Source: Candidatus Hydrogenedentota bacterium
GTDB lineage: Bacteria > Hydrogenedentota > Hydrogenedentia > Hydrogenedentales > JAEUWI01
Assembly: GCA_016791475.1 (NCBI GenBank)
Contig: JAEUWI010000017.1
Coordinates: 33,957-97,956 of the forward strand
Direction: 5' to 3'
Length of the DNA: 64,000 nt
Position numbers and translations under genes: made by a program
In this document: one piece after another, positions 1 to 9,605 of the stretch
Position numbering within the stretch: position 1 is the stretch's first letter
Layout of the letters: every line of letters starts with the position of its first letter
Notes under the pieces: generated by a model
Told to the model about the DNA's origin: nothing
Databases searched by the model: none
The model's input: only the letters and a program-made list of their open reading frames with translations

Positions 1-963
1 ACCAGACCCCACTGAGGCGCGCGGCCCGTGTCGTCGTCCATTACGAAATGGGGCCAGGCCAGCACGCCCCGACCCATGGCCTCGACTTTCTTGATGTCGT
101 CGCGCGTGGGGAACACAGGTGTGTTCTTCTTTCCGCCTTTGGTCGTGTAGACGAGCGGTCGATAAAGGTGATGACAGGGCAGGGCGAGGTTCACATTCTT
201 CGGCATGGCGTCGAGGAGTTCGATGACCTCGCGGGAGCCGCGAATTTCGTTATCGAAGACTTTCTCCCAGCCCTGCTCCTCGGGACCGGGGCCCCAGTAG
301 GCGATGCACCAGGTGTTTGCATACATGCGTGCGGCGGGGTTCTTCTCCGCAAGCTTTTTTGCGAGGGTGTCCACGTAGTGCATGTAGTCCGGCACGGCAC
401 ATTTTCCGCAGTGGCAGGCGCCCCAGTCCGCCGCGAACTCATCGAAGAAGTTGGCCTCCTTATAGGTATCCATATACCATTCCTGGAGGGCGATGGTCTT
501 TTCGAAATTGCCGGGTTCTTTCGGACAGAGCTGTACCGCGCGGTTCAGCAACTGGTGGCCCGGCTCTTCGCCGTCGGGCACGGTGCTGACGACGGTGTTT
601 GTGAGGATATAGCCGAATTCCAGGCCCAGCGAGTGGGCCAGCTCCAGCACCAGTTTGCGATCTTCGATCTTCTCGCGTTCCATGGCCGTCTGGGGTATGC
701 GATTGAACTCCAGCATGGTGGCGAACTCGACGGCGTTCACACCACAGGCGTGAAGCCAGCGAATCTGGCGCAGCCACTCTTCGCGGCCCCAGTGCAGGGG
801 GGCGTGGTGCTCGGGATCGACGGTGAATCCGTCGTGAAAGTAGACGCCCCGGAGCTTGAAGGGCTTCCTCGGGTTTTCATCCGGCTTTGCGAGGGCTTGG
901 GACCCCGCCAGGGCGGAGACGGCGGCGATGGCGCATGCTTTATGAAATTCCCTGCGATTCATC
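1..963 (-). CDS. Secreted hypothetical protein, glycoside-hydrolase-like (3' end truncated by the window edge); paralog of 46569..48311
   Basis: Reverse complement of 940-980 reads GGAGGAATTCAG-ATG with an RBS 7 nt upstream of the ATG at 963. The translation MNRREFHKACAIAAVSALAGSQALA... has a signal peptide and shares motifs with the protein at 46569..48311 (W-GVNA-, CxCxxC). It is missing from the ORF track because it runs off the window. The + ORF 48..1358 is its antisense shadow. Confidence 0.6.
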
Positions 964-1025
964 TGAATTCCTCCTTCGAGGGGACGTTTGGTGTTGCTTC
1001 AGTATGCCCGGTCTTATCCTGCTAC

Positions 1026-1049
1026 GGGGGCTGGAAAGCCCCCGCTCCA
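1026..1049. repeat. Singleton REP hairpin (GGGGGCT-GGAA-AGCCCCC followed by GCTCCA) in the intergenic gap between two minus-strand genes
   Basis: Seen in sequence. Same hairpin-plus-tail motif as the REP copies flanking the RAYT gene at 20.4-21.7 kb. Confidence 0.5.
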
Positions 1050-1054
1050 CAGGG

Positions 1055-2602
1055 TCAGGGCATGGCTTCCAGGTCTTTTTTCATGGATTCGATAAGGCGC
1101 GGGGTGAAGGTCTCCATGCGCCGGAGTCCGTCCTGCACTTTGTCGAACATGGTTTCGCCCTCGCCCACGAAGACGTTGTTCTTCAAGGTTACCTGCGAAG
1201 CCGGCGCGTTGATCGCCCCGATAGCGGCCCAGAGCTTTCCGTCGTACCAGTTGTTTTTATACGCGTGCTGCTGTTGCCAGGCCACGTGGGCGTCGATGAA
1301 GGCCGCGAAGGCTACTTTAATTGCGGCGGGGTCCTGCGGCTGGGCAATCGCGCCCTGATAGAGCGTTTCCAGCGTGCCCATCATGTTGAGTTGAAGCTCC
1401 AGATCGAGGATGAATCGGGCCGGGTCTCCGAAGAGCAGCCCCTTGAGTGGGCCGGGAACTAAGGTGGTTTTCTTCAGGGACGCGAGGGAGGTGCGTGCGG
1501 CATCGATCGCGGCCACGTTGCCACCGCGCAAGGCTTCCCAGGCCCGGACGATGGTCTCGCCCTGTCCCGTAATCAGGTCGTTTGCGAAGGCGACGTAGTC
1601 GTCGCGGGTGCAGGTCAGTCCCTGGGCTCCCCGGGCGAAGGCGAAGGTATTGGGCAACTGCACGCAGTGGGTTTGCGAATTGCCGAGCACGCCGAGTTGT
1701 CCTTTGAGTTTGCCGCCCTCAAAGGCCGTGGTGTCACCGAAATTGGTGAGGGGAAAGCTGGGTTCGCCCTCGATCTTTCCGTAGTTGAAACTTAGAATGC
1801 GCTGGGGCATGTTGAGCGTGCTGGTCAGGTTAGGCTCGTTCATGCTGGCGATCCACCAGGGTTCGAGATGGTTCGCTGCGATCATGTGGACGGTCTGGTC
1901 AAATTCGTCTTCGGTACCGCGTTTGATCTCGCCGGTTTCATAGAAACGCGCGTAGGCCTCCCAGCCGAAGCCGGCCCAGTAGATCAGTTCCATTTCCGGG
2001 TTTAATTCGTTCATGATGTAGCGGTGACTGCGGAGAATGGAGACAAAATCCAGGTTCGTAGAGAAGGGCCATCCGCCGGGATCGCTGTCGATGATAAAGA
2101 TGCCGTCGGCGTTCTTCAGGGGGGTGATGAGTTCCTTGCGGAAGGCCATCAGCTTCCCCCACTCCACGGCGTCGGCAGGATTCACGCGCCGCTCGGTGCC
2201 GAAGAAGGGACGCTCCTCAAAGGTGTATTTCGCGGCCTCGTCCTTGCCTCGATTGTTGGGACAGAGCACGAAGTAGGCGCGCATGGAAAAGTCGCTGTGG
2301 GCCATGTCTATAACCTGGCCGATACGGTTCAGGTTTTCGTGGTCGCTCGGTGTCATGGGCTCGGGGACCGTCTCCAGCACGGGCCAGATAAGCACGGTGT
2401 TGTAGCCCAGGCGCTTTATGCCGTCGAGGTAACCCCGCCAGTCGTCCAGGGTCCAGGTGCGCGCGTTGTAGGGGTGATTGTAGGACCAGTGCTGATGGAC
2501 GTACATCCCCAGCATAGGGGTTTCGGGGGTCGGCGGCGCGGCATGGGCCGTGAACTCGATTCCTGCCGAGAGAAGTATGAGTCCGACGATTCTGCTTAAC
2601 AC
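1055..2602 (-). CDS. Secreted TIM-barrel-like glycoside hydrolase family protein (paralog A); true start probably GTG at 2602 after GGAGG
   Basis: 544-aa ORF. Starting at the internal GTG gives a signal peptide (MLSRIVGLILLSAGIEFTAHAAPP) with GGAGG 9 nt upstream. About 60% identical to 2781..4364 (MYVHQHWSYNHPY, TVLIWPVLET, IIDSDPGG motifs). Confidence 0.7.
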   Translation of the reverse strand: MLSRIVGLILLSAGIEFTAHAAPPTPETPMLGMYVHQHWSYNHPYNARTWTLDDWRGYLDGIKRLGYNTVLIWPVLETVPEPMTPSDHENLNRIGQVIDMAHSDFSMRAYFVLCPNNRGKDEAAKYTFEERPFFGTERRVNPADAVEWGKLMAFRKELITPLKNADGIFIIDSDPGGWPFSTNLDFVSILRSHRYIMNELNPEMELIYWAGFGWEAYARFYETGEIKRGTEDEFDQTVHMIAANHLEPWWIASMNEPNLTSTLNMPQRILSFNYGKIEGEPSFPLTNFGDTTAFEGGKLKGQLGVLGNSQTHCVQLPNTFAFARGAQGLTCTRDDYVAFANDLITGQGETIVRAWEALRGGNVAAIDAARTSLASLKKTTLVPGPLKGLLFGDPARFILDLELQLNMMGTLETLYQGAIAQPQDPAAIKVAFAAFIDAHVAWQQQHAYKNNWYDGKLWAAIGAINAPASQVTLKNNVFVGEGETMFDKVQDGLRRMETFTPRLIESMKKDLEAMP

Positions 2603-2780
2603 AATTTGCTGCCTCCATTGGTTAGCAGGCACTCCCGGCATTCGAAAGCACCTCGGTAGTGCCCTATGTAACGTGCAACGCCCGCTCACGTCTTAAGATT
2701 ATTTGTATGCGGGGCGGCGGGCGGTTGCGCCTCGCCGCCGCCCCGCGACGTGACCCTGTAAAGGAGCACGGCTTGGAAGA

Positions 2781-4364
2781 CTATTTCTGCAACGCCGCCA
2801 CCGTCTTTTTCATCGTCTCCAGCAGGCTGGGCGTAAAGGTCTCCACTTTCTTGTAGGCGTTGGTCACCTGTTCAAAGGGCGTGGCGCCTTCGCCTTTGTA
2901 GGAGTTCTGGTCCCGGACAAAGAATGGCTTGTAGGTCGCTTCGTCAACCTTTACGAGCGCCTCTTCCATGCGCGGCATGTACCAGTTGTTCTTGTAGTCG
3001 TGGACCTTCTGCCAATCCGTCGCTTCCTTCACAAAGGCGGCCATGGTCTCGGCGACGACTTTTTTGTCCGCGCCGTCCAGGGCGGCGGTGCGGAAGCGCT
3101 CCAGCGTGGCACGGAAGCGGAGCACATGGCCCAGATCGGTCACGAAGCGCTTGGGGCTGCCGAAGAGGAGGCCTTCCAGATCGCCGGGCTTCAGGTCGGT
3201 GTCGGCCATGGCGGATACGTTCTTCTCGGCCGCTTCGATGATTGCGGGGTCGACCTGATTGACGGCCTCCCAGCCGGCGACAATCGTCTCACCGTGACCG
3301 GGCAACAGCCGCTCCGCAAAGGCCACATAGTCTTCGCGCGTGGGCATGGGTTGTCCGGTTGCGCCGCGCGAGAAGAGGAAGGCATTGGGGAGCTGGAGAC
3401 AGTGGGTCTGGGAATTGCCCAGGGTGCCGCGCACGCCAAGATTTTTCCCGGCCTGATAGGCGAACTCGGTGCCGAAGTTCAGCATGGGGAAGCTGGGCTC
3501 GCCCTCGATTGCGCCGTACTGGTAGTTAAGCACGCGATCCGGCATGCCGATTTCATCGGCGACATTGGGTCCACGGCCGCTTGCCAGGCCCCAGGGTTCG
3601 GGATTGACCTTGGCGAGGAGCTTGATGGCTTCCTGAATCTCGGGGTTTTCGCCCATGGCGAATTCGGCGGTGGCGTAGAAGCGGCAATAGGCCTCCCAGC
3701 CCGCGTGGATCCAATAATAGAGCTCGATATTGGGATTCAGTTCATTGAACATGGTGCGGTGGGAGTTCAGCAGCGAAACGAACTCCACGTTGTCCGAGCC
3801 GGGATAGCCACCCGGATCGCTATCGATGATGAGCACGCCATCAATCTTCTTCAGCGGCGTGAAGATCTTCCGGCGAAATTCGAGCATCTTGCCCATGGCG
3901 ATGGCATCGGCCGGGTTCACGCGCTGGTCGGTAAAGAAGAAGGGGCGCTTCACGAAGGTGTACTTGGCGGCCTCTTCGTTCTTCGCGATTACATTGGGGC
4001 ACAAGGCGATGAGCACGCGCATGTCCTGGGCGTGGGCGAAATCGACCACCTCGGCCATTTTTTCCAGATTCTCCTCGTCGCTCTTTGTGAGCGGATCCGG
4101 CATGGTTTCGAGAACGGGCCAAATCAACACGGTGTTGAAGCCCAGTTTCTTCAGACCGTCCAGATAGCCCTTCCAGTCTTCGAGGGTCCAGGTCCGGGCG
4201 GCATAGGGATGGTTGTAGGACCAGTGCTGGTGCACGTACATGCCAATCATCGGGGGCTTGTTCCAGGATGATGTCTTTTCTTCCGCGCACGCGCCCGGGG
4301 CCAGGGTCCCGGCCAGACACGCCGCCACGAGGGCAAATGTCGCCACCAGTTTTTTCTTCATCAT
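2781..4364 (-). CDS. Secreted glycoside hydrolase family protein (paralog B), translationally coupled to the upstream ABC permease
   Basis: The real start is ATGATGAAGAAAAAA (MMKKKLVATFALVAACLAGTLAPGACA signal peptide) at 4364. Its ATG overlaps the TGA stop of the permease (ATGA), with GGAGG inside the permease 3' end. The track's 692-aa ORF running up to 4859 is a read-through artefact. Confidence 0.8.
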   Translation of the reverse strand: MMKKKLVATFALVAACLAGTLAPGACAEEKTSSWNKPPMIGMYVHQHWSYNHPYAARTWTLEDWKGYLDGLKKLGFNTVLIWPVLETMPDPLTKSDEENLEKMAEVVDFAHAQDMRVLIALCPNVIAKNEEAAKYTFVKRPFFFTDQRVNPADAIAMGKMLEFRRKIFTPLKKIDGVLIIDSDPGGYPGSDNVEFVSLLNSHRTMFNELNPNIELYYWIHAGWEAYCRFYATAEFAMGENPEIQEAIKLLAKVNPEPWGLASGRGPNVADEIGMPDRVLNYQYGAIEGEPSFPMLNFGTEFAYQAGKNLGVRGTLGNSQTHCLQLPNAFLFSRGATGQPMPTREDYVAFAERLLPGHGETIVAGWEAVNQVDPAIIEAAEKNVSAMADTDLKPGDLEGLLFGSPKRFVTDLGHVLRFRATLERFRTAALDGADKKVVAETMAAFVKEATDWQKVHDYKNNWYMPRMEEALVKVDEATYKPFFVRDQNSYKGEGATPFEQVTNAYKKVETFTPSLLETMKKTVAALQK

Positions 4365-5314
4365 TTCTTGACCTCCTGCAGTCGGTTTGCCAATACCGCG
4401 GCCAGGATCAGGCCGCCGCGCACGATATATTGAAAGAATGGGTCCAGATTGAGGATTGTCATGCCGTTCGAGATGACGCCGATGAACAGAATGCCGATGA
4501 GGGTGCCGCGAACCGTGCCGATGCCGCCGGAGAAGCTGGTGCCGCCGATGATGACGGCGGCGATGACGTCCAGCTCCAGCCCCTGGGCCAGGGTGGGCGA
4601 TCCGCTGGCGATGCGGGAGGACATGAGCAGCCCGCTGACCGCGGCGAGTCCGCCCGTGATGGCGAATACCATGACCCGGACGAATGCCACGTTGATACCG
4701 GAGAGACGGGCGGCTTCGTCGTTTCCCCCGACGGCATAGACGGCGCCGCCGAAGACCGTATACTTCATGAGGAAGTGAATCGCTGCGAAGGCAATTACAA
4801 AGATGATGGCGGGAAAGGGCACCCCGAAGAGGTAGCCGCCACCCAGAAAGCTGTACCACTCCGACGCGATGGCGATGGGAAAGCCCTTGGTAATCATGAG
4901 GGCGAAACCGCGCTCGGCGGTGAAGAGGGCGAGGGTGGTGATGAACGAGGGGACCTCAAACTTCACGCGCATGAATCCGGTGAATGCGCCGAGGAGCGCA
5001 CCCGAGACGACGGTGAGGAGCATGGCGAAGGGGATGGGCATGCCGGCCTCGATGAGTTTCGCGGCGATACAACCCGAGAGCGCCACGGCGGAACCGACGC
5101 TGAGATCGATCTCCCTGGCGATGATGATCATGGTCATGCCGAAGGCGATAAGCCCCATCATCGACACGGAGCGCAGGATGTTGAGGAAATTCTCCAGGGA
5201 CAGAAAGTTTGGCGCGCTGAGCGCCAGACCGACGCAAATTGCGAGGAGGACAATATCCATTACCGAGCGAGAGAGCCACGCACGCGCCTGGCCGACCAGT
5301 ACTTCGTTACCCAT
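4361..5314 (-). CDS. ABC transporter permease, RbsC/XylH-like (CUT2 family sugar ABC)
   Basis: Multi-TM protein with permease topology. The ATG at 5314 overlaps the ATPase stop (ATGGGTAA); an alternative GTG start is at 5323. Confidence 0.85.
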   Translation of the reverse strand: MGNEVLVGQARAWLSRSVMDIVLLAICVGLALSAPNFLSLENFLNILRSVSMMGLIAFGMTMIIIAREIDLSVGSAVALSGCIAAKLIEAGMPIPFAMLLTVVSGALLGAFTGFMRVKFEVPSFITTLALFTAERGFALMITKGFPIAIASEWYSFLGGGYLFGVPFPAIIFVIAFAAIHFLMKYTVFGGAVYAVGGNDEAARLSGINVAFVRVMVFAITGGLAAVSGLLMSSRIASGSPTLAQGLELDVIAAVIIGGTSFSGGIGTVRGTLIGILFIGVISNGMTILNLDPFFQYIVRGGLILAAVLANRLQEVKK

Positions 5315-6830
5315 GGGATGCACTTTCTAGCGACGCGTCCGCGTCCACACAATACTCAAACAATTTCTGGGGCGTCACCGAATCGGGCTGAACTTCGCCC
5401 ACGATCCGGCCTTCCCGCATGACGAGGATTCGGTGGCACACGTCCACCAGCTCCTCCAGTTCACTTGAAACAAAAATGGTGCTGATGCCTTTCTTGCTGA
5501 GATCCCAGATCAACTGGAAGATCTGCTGCTTGGCCTGAATGTCGATGCCCCGGGTGGGCTCGTCGAGGAGGAGGATGCGTGGCTCGGTGTTGAGCCACTT
5601 TCCCACCACCACCTTCTGCTGATTGCCGCCGCTCAAGGTGGCCACGGGTGCCTCCACATTGGGTACGCGGATGTGGAGTTCCTCGATGTTTCGCTTCACC
5701 GTGGGCTCCTGCCGGGCTCTCGATGTGACGCCGTGCCACGAGAAGCGGCGCAGGCTGGCGAGGCAAATGTTTTCCCGTGTGTTGAGGTTGAGCACGAGGC
5801 CCTCCTCTTTGCGGTTTTCCGGGGTAAGCCCTATGCCGAACTCTTTCATCCTCGCGGGGGTGGGCCGCTCAACGGTCTTTCCCTCCACCAGGATCTCGCC
5901 CGAGTCGAGCCGGTCCGCGCCGCACAGGGTGCGGAGCAGCTCCGTACGCCCGGCGCCGACGAGCCCCGCGATGCCCAGGATTTCGCCGCGTTTCACGGAG
6001 AGCGACACATCGTGAAGCTTGCCCGCGCGATTGAGATTGCGCGCTTCGAGTACGGTGCCCTCTCCCACCACCAGGTTTTCCGGCCGGTGGCGCGGGACGA
6101 CCTCGCCAAACATCATGTGGGCAATGGTGGCGGGGTCGGCCTCTTCGATGGGGATCGTGCCTACGAGGTCGCCATCGCGCAGGGCGGACACCTTGTGGGC
6201 GATGCGCTTCAACTCCTGAAGTCGGTGGGAAATATAGACGATGGCGACTCCCCGTGCGGAAAGTTCGCGAATGAGTCGAAACAGGCTCTCGGTCTCGTCG
6301 TTCGCCAGCGACGAGGTCGGCTCGTCCAGCATAAGGACCTTTGGGCGGAAGGACATGGCCTTGGCTATCTCGACCATCTGTTGCCCCGCCATGCCCAGGG
6401 TGTTCACCGGTCGATGGGGATTAATCTCGAGATTCAGGCTTTCCAGGATTTCCGCGGCGCGATCATAAACGGCGGTCCAGTCGATGCAAAGGCCCCCGAA
6501 TTTCGTGGGCAGATCGGCCAGGAGCATGTTGTGGGCGACGGTAAGCCCGGGCACGAGGCTGAGCTCCTGATATACGGTGGCAATCCCCTTTTGGAAGGCG
6601 TCGCGGGGCGAGCGGAGCTCCACCGGCTCTCCCGCAACATAGATGCCGCCTGCGGTGGGGCGCGAGGCTCCGGAGAGGATCTTGACCAGGGAGCTCTTTC
6701 CGGCACCGTTCTTGCCGATGAGGGCGTGCACTTCTCCGGGCATGAACGACAGGCTCACGTCGTTCAGCGCGACGGTGCCGGGATAGACCTTGCGAATATT
6801 TCTTGCTTCAAGATTGGGTGTGGAGGTCAT
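5307..6830 (-). CDS. Sugar ABC transporter ATP-binding protein with two ABC domains (RbsA/XylG/MglA-like)
   Basis: Walker A motifs GKNGAGKSS and GLVGAGRTEL; LSGG signatures LSGGNQQKVVVG and the degenerate AGQQM; 507 aa with duplicated ABC domains. Confidence 0.9.
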   Translation of the reverse strand: MTSTPNLEARNIRKVYPGTVALNDVSLSFMPGEVHALIGKNGAGKSSLVKILSGASRPTAGGIYVAGEPVELRSPRDAFQKGIATVYQELSLVPGLTVAHNMLLADLPTKFGGLCIDWTAVYDRAAEILESLNLEINPHRPVNTLGMAGQQMVEIAKAMSFRPKVLMLDEPTSSLANDETESLFRLIRELSARGVAIVYISHRLQELKRIAHKVSALRDGDLVGTIPIEEADPATIAHMMFGEVVPRHRPENLVVGEGTVLEARNLNRAGKLHDVSLSVKRGEILGIAGLVGAGRTELLRTLCGADRLDSGEILVEGKTVERPTPARMKEFGIGLTPENRKEEGLVLNLNTRENICLASLRRFSWHGVTSRARQEPTVKRNIEELHIRVPNVEAPVATLSGGNQQKVVVGKWLNTEPRILLLDEPTRGIDIQAKQQIFQLIWDLSKKGISTIFVSSELEELVDVCHRILVMREGRIVGEVQPDSVTPQKLFEYCVDADASLESASHG

Positions 6831-6835
6831 GGCGG

Positions 6836-7843
6836 TTACTGCGCGAGCTCCTTCAGCCTGGCCATGTACTCCCGCGTGCCCACCGCGTCGGCCCTGGAAA
6901 AGAGAATACCCGGCAGGGCCACTTTCTTCTCCACAGGTTCCTTCTTCAAGGCCGCCAGGGCGGTTGTGATGGCCTGGGCCCCGATGTCAAAGGGTTTCTG
7001 TCCGGTGACGGCCTGGAGGACGTCTTCCTCCGAGAGCAGGAAAGTCCCGATCTGCTCGCTCATATCGGTACCGAAGACGTATACATGATGGCCCGTGTTC
7101 TTTTTGTTCGCGGTGGCGGCGGCGTTGACCGCGCCCACGGTACCGCCCTCATTGGCGGCCCAGATAAGATCGATGGCGGGATTGGCCGTGAGCATGTTTT
7201 CCACGAGGGAGGTGGCCTCGGGCGCAAGCCAGGCGTCCTGCTCGGTGACGATTTCCACACCGGGCAGTTTGGTGATTTCGTCCTTGAAGCCCTTCACGCG
7301 CTGGCTCGCGGTCTCGGGCGCCAGGGCGATGTACTGCACGATGGCGACCTTTGCCTTTCCACCCAGTTTCGTTTCAATAAAGACGCGGGCGGCCTCGCCC
7401 GTGATGCGCCCCAGCTCCACCTGATCGCTGCGGATGTTGCTCGCCGGGAAGTCGGCGTCCACGTGGGCGTCGTAGGTGACGACGGGAATACCTTTGTCGT
7501 GGGCGCGCTTCAGTGCGGGAATGGAGCTTTGGGGACTCAGGGGCGCGACGACGAGGGCGTCGACTTGATTCGCCAGATACGTATCGACGATGGCAATCTC
7601 CTTATCGAGCGCGCCGAAGCTGTTGTTGACCATCAGTTCCACTTTCAGTCGGTCGGCGGCATCCCGCATGCCCTGCTGAATGAGGTGAAAGTACTGGTCT
7701 TCCTGAAAGACGATGGCGCCGATGGTGACGCGCCCGTCGTCCTCCTTTGGCCGCGGTTGACACCCGGCCATGGCCGCGCAAAGGCCCGCGACAGCCACGC
7801 CCGCCATCAAGTTTTTTGCTCGTCTGTATAAGATAGAGCGCAT
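6836..7843 (-). CDS. Periplasmic sugar-binding lipoprotein (LacI/RbsB-type periplasmic binding protein)
   Basis: Start chosen at MRSILYRRAKNLMAGVAVAGLCAAMAGC (lipobox). PBP type-I fold motifs (VDALVVAP, GIPVVTYD). The track ORF extends upstream to 8029 in frame, but that part lacks signal-peptide logic. Confidence 0.75.
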   Translation of the reverse strand: MRSILYRRAKNLMAGVAVAGLCAAMAGCQPRPKEDDGRVTIGAIVFQEDQYFHLIQQGMRDAADRLKVELMVNNSFGALDKEIAIVDTYLANQVDALVVAPLSPQSSIPALKRAHDKGIPVVTYDAHVDADFPASNIRSDQVELGRITGEAARVFIETKLGGKAKVAIVQYIALAPETASQRVKGFKDEITKLPGVEIVTEQDAWLAPEATSLVENMLTANPAIDLIWAANEGGTVGAVNAAATANKKNTGHHVYVFGTDMSEQIGTFLLSEEDVLQAVTGQKPFDIGAQAITTALAALKKEPVEKKVALPGILFSRADAVGTREYMARLKELAQ

Positions 7844-7890
7844 ACCCAAACCTTTCCAAGACTTCAACAGGAAATTACAGTATGTTCCAC

Positions 7891-8994
7891 TTACGGCCCC
7901 GATGGGGACAAGAGTTGCTTGAAATAATTCCAGGCGGGTGATTTGGACCCGTCGGGGCGTATGAGCCAATTGCCCACCATCTCGTCGTTGCCGTAGGGCG
8001 GTGTACTCTCCGCTTTCGGGCCATCGCAATAGAGCTCCCAGAAGAGGATGTACGGCGCGCCTATATCGAGAGCGCCTTCCACGCTGTAGCGTATCATGTT
8101 CAGCCGCTGTTCCTCGCTCACGAGACTCTCGGGCCAGCCGAACTCGCCGATATAGACGTTTTTCGCGCCAAAGGTCGCACTGTCGGGGGCTTTGTCCAGC
8201 AGATACTGGAGCGCGGAACGGTATTTCTCCTCGCTCTGGCCCATGGTATCGTAGGCCGAATAGGAGTACAAATCGCAGTGGGTGCGGGGCAGCACATCGT
8301 TGGTCACCGTCGGGTGGCCCAGTTGCGCCTTTTCCACCAGATTCACCTCCGCCGCGTGGTAAACATGGACGCCGTCCATACCGACTTCCCGGCGCGCGCG
8401 ATCAACGCCGTCCTGGCGCGCGTTGAGCCATTCGATCATGCCCTCCACGGCGACAGGGTCGGGCTTCTTCTCCATATCCAGGGGCGGATGGGTCAACACC
8501 CAGTCGCCTTCCCAGTTCTGGAATACGAAGGTCTTTCCCGTACCCTTGTAGCGGGTCAGCAGGTATTTTGTGAATTCGTAATAGGAATCCCGCTCATGGG
8601 CTTCGTCTTCGGGGGTCATGCCCTGGGTGAAGTAGTGGATTTCCCGGCCCGGCGCGAAGGTCATGAGCACGAAGGAGGTGAAGGGCTTGGCGAAGACTTT
8701 TTCGAAATATGGGGTTTGCGCCGCCTGCACCAGGCTCGTAATTTCCGGCCATTCCGTATTGAATTTGTAATAGCCGTCCAGCCGATCGCGAATGATGAGC
8801 TTAATCACCCGGCTGCCCAGCGCCAGGACCTGGTCCGCGCCTTCGTTGATGTAGTCGTCTTCGGTTAGATGATAGAAACTGTTGATGTGGTTGATCCCGA
8901 CCACATCGGCAAGCTCCGCCGCCGTGGCGTCCCTTCCGCAGGCGGAGGAGCCGAGCGCCAGCGCCGCGACGAGACATGCAATAACACGGCCCAT
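7891..8994 (-). CDS. Secreted clan GH-A (TIM barrel, GH5-like) glycoside hydrolase
   Basis: Start MGRVIACLVAALALGSSAC (signal/lipobox) with AAAGGA RBS. Catalytic-type motifs FQNWEGDW (acid/base NEP-like) and YIGEFGWP (nucleophile GEFG). Confidence 0.65.
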   Translation of the reverse strand: MGRVIACLVAALALGSSACGRDATAAELADVVGINHINSFYHLTEDDYINEGADQVLALGSRVIKLIIRDRLDGYYKFNTEWPEITSLVQAAQTPYFEKVFAKPFTSFVLMTFAPGREIHYFTQGMTPEDEAHERDSYYEFTKYLLTRYKGTGKTFVFQNWEGDWVLTHPPLDMEKKPDPVAVEGMIEWLNARQDGVDRARREVGMDGVHVYHAAEVNLVEKAQLGHPTVTNDVLPRTHCDLYSYSAYDTMGQSEEKYRSALQYLLDKAPDSATFGAKNVYIGEFGWPESLVSEEQRLNMIRYSVEGALDIGAPYILFWELYCDGPKAESTPPYGNDEMVGNWLIRPDGSKSPAWNYFKQLLSPSGP

Positions 8995-9074
8995 GGATTT
9001 TTCCTTTCGCCCCCGCAAGAAATTTTCGGAATCCCGATGCGCTATGAAACGCGGGGCTCTGGTGCGCCGCGCGG

Positions 9075-9581
9075 TCAAGGTGCGGGATTCGGTGATTCCG
9101 CCGAGGGCGGGCCCGCAGCCGGAGCCGCCACGGGCGCCATTCCATTGGTCATGTCGTTTTGCTGCTGCTGCTGCACGACCTCGTTCATCAACTGCCTCAC
9201 CTTCTGCGTCTCCGCACTCTCTTCAATGACCACTTCCGTGGAGGTGCAGCCCCGCAGATATATCGCCAGCAGGAGGCCTGCGCCAAGGGCGCAAATGATT
9301 AAGGGGAGCCGTGGCAGCCGTGAAGCACTGGAGGGAACCGCCCTGGGCGCTTCTTCCTCCCGCTTGCGGGATCGCGTGCCGGAGGGCAAGACGGCCTTGG
9401 AAATTTTTCTAAGGGGCCTGGTGAGTTTCCTCCAGAATCTGGACGGTTTCGGACCGTCCGGCGATTCGGCATGGTGGTCCTTCTTTCGTTTACGCCGCCG
9501 CTTCGCTGTTTCTTCCACAACAAATGCTCCAATCAGAATCTTGATCTTAACGGCGCGGGGGCCCTGGGTCCCCCGCGCCAC
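9075..9581 (-). CDS. Possible small single-pass membrane protein (very basic N-terminus, one TM helix, Q-rich C-terminus)
   Basis: 168-aa ORF with a GTG start and no clear RBS. TM segment LPLIICALGAGLLLAIYL. Could be spurious. Confidence 0.25.
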   Translation of the reverse strand: MARGTQGPRAVKIKILIGAFVVEETAKRRRKRKKDHHAESPDGPKPSRFWRKLTRPLRKISKAVLPSGTRSRKREEEAPRAVPSSASRLPRLPLIICALGAGLLLAIYLRGCTSTEVVIEESAETQKVRQLMNEVVQQQQQNDMTNGMAPVAAPAAGPPSAESPNPAP

Positions 9582-9605
9582 GATGGTTCAGGTACGCTGT
9601 TCAAA

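Noticed and set aside
48-1358. 436-aa + strand ORF at the start of the window
   Set aside because: It is the antisense shadow of the minus-strand gene 1..963, which has GGAGG plus ATG and a signal peptide. Its composition is R/G/A-rich and typical of high-GC antisense frames.
4365-4859. N-terminal 165-aa extension of the 692-aa GH ORF
   Set aside because: It reads through the permease gene in another frame and is extremely Arg/His-rich. The signal peptide and the ATGA-coupled start are at 4364.
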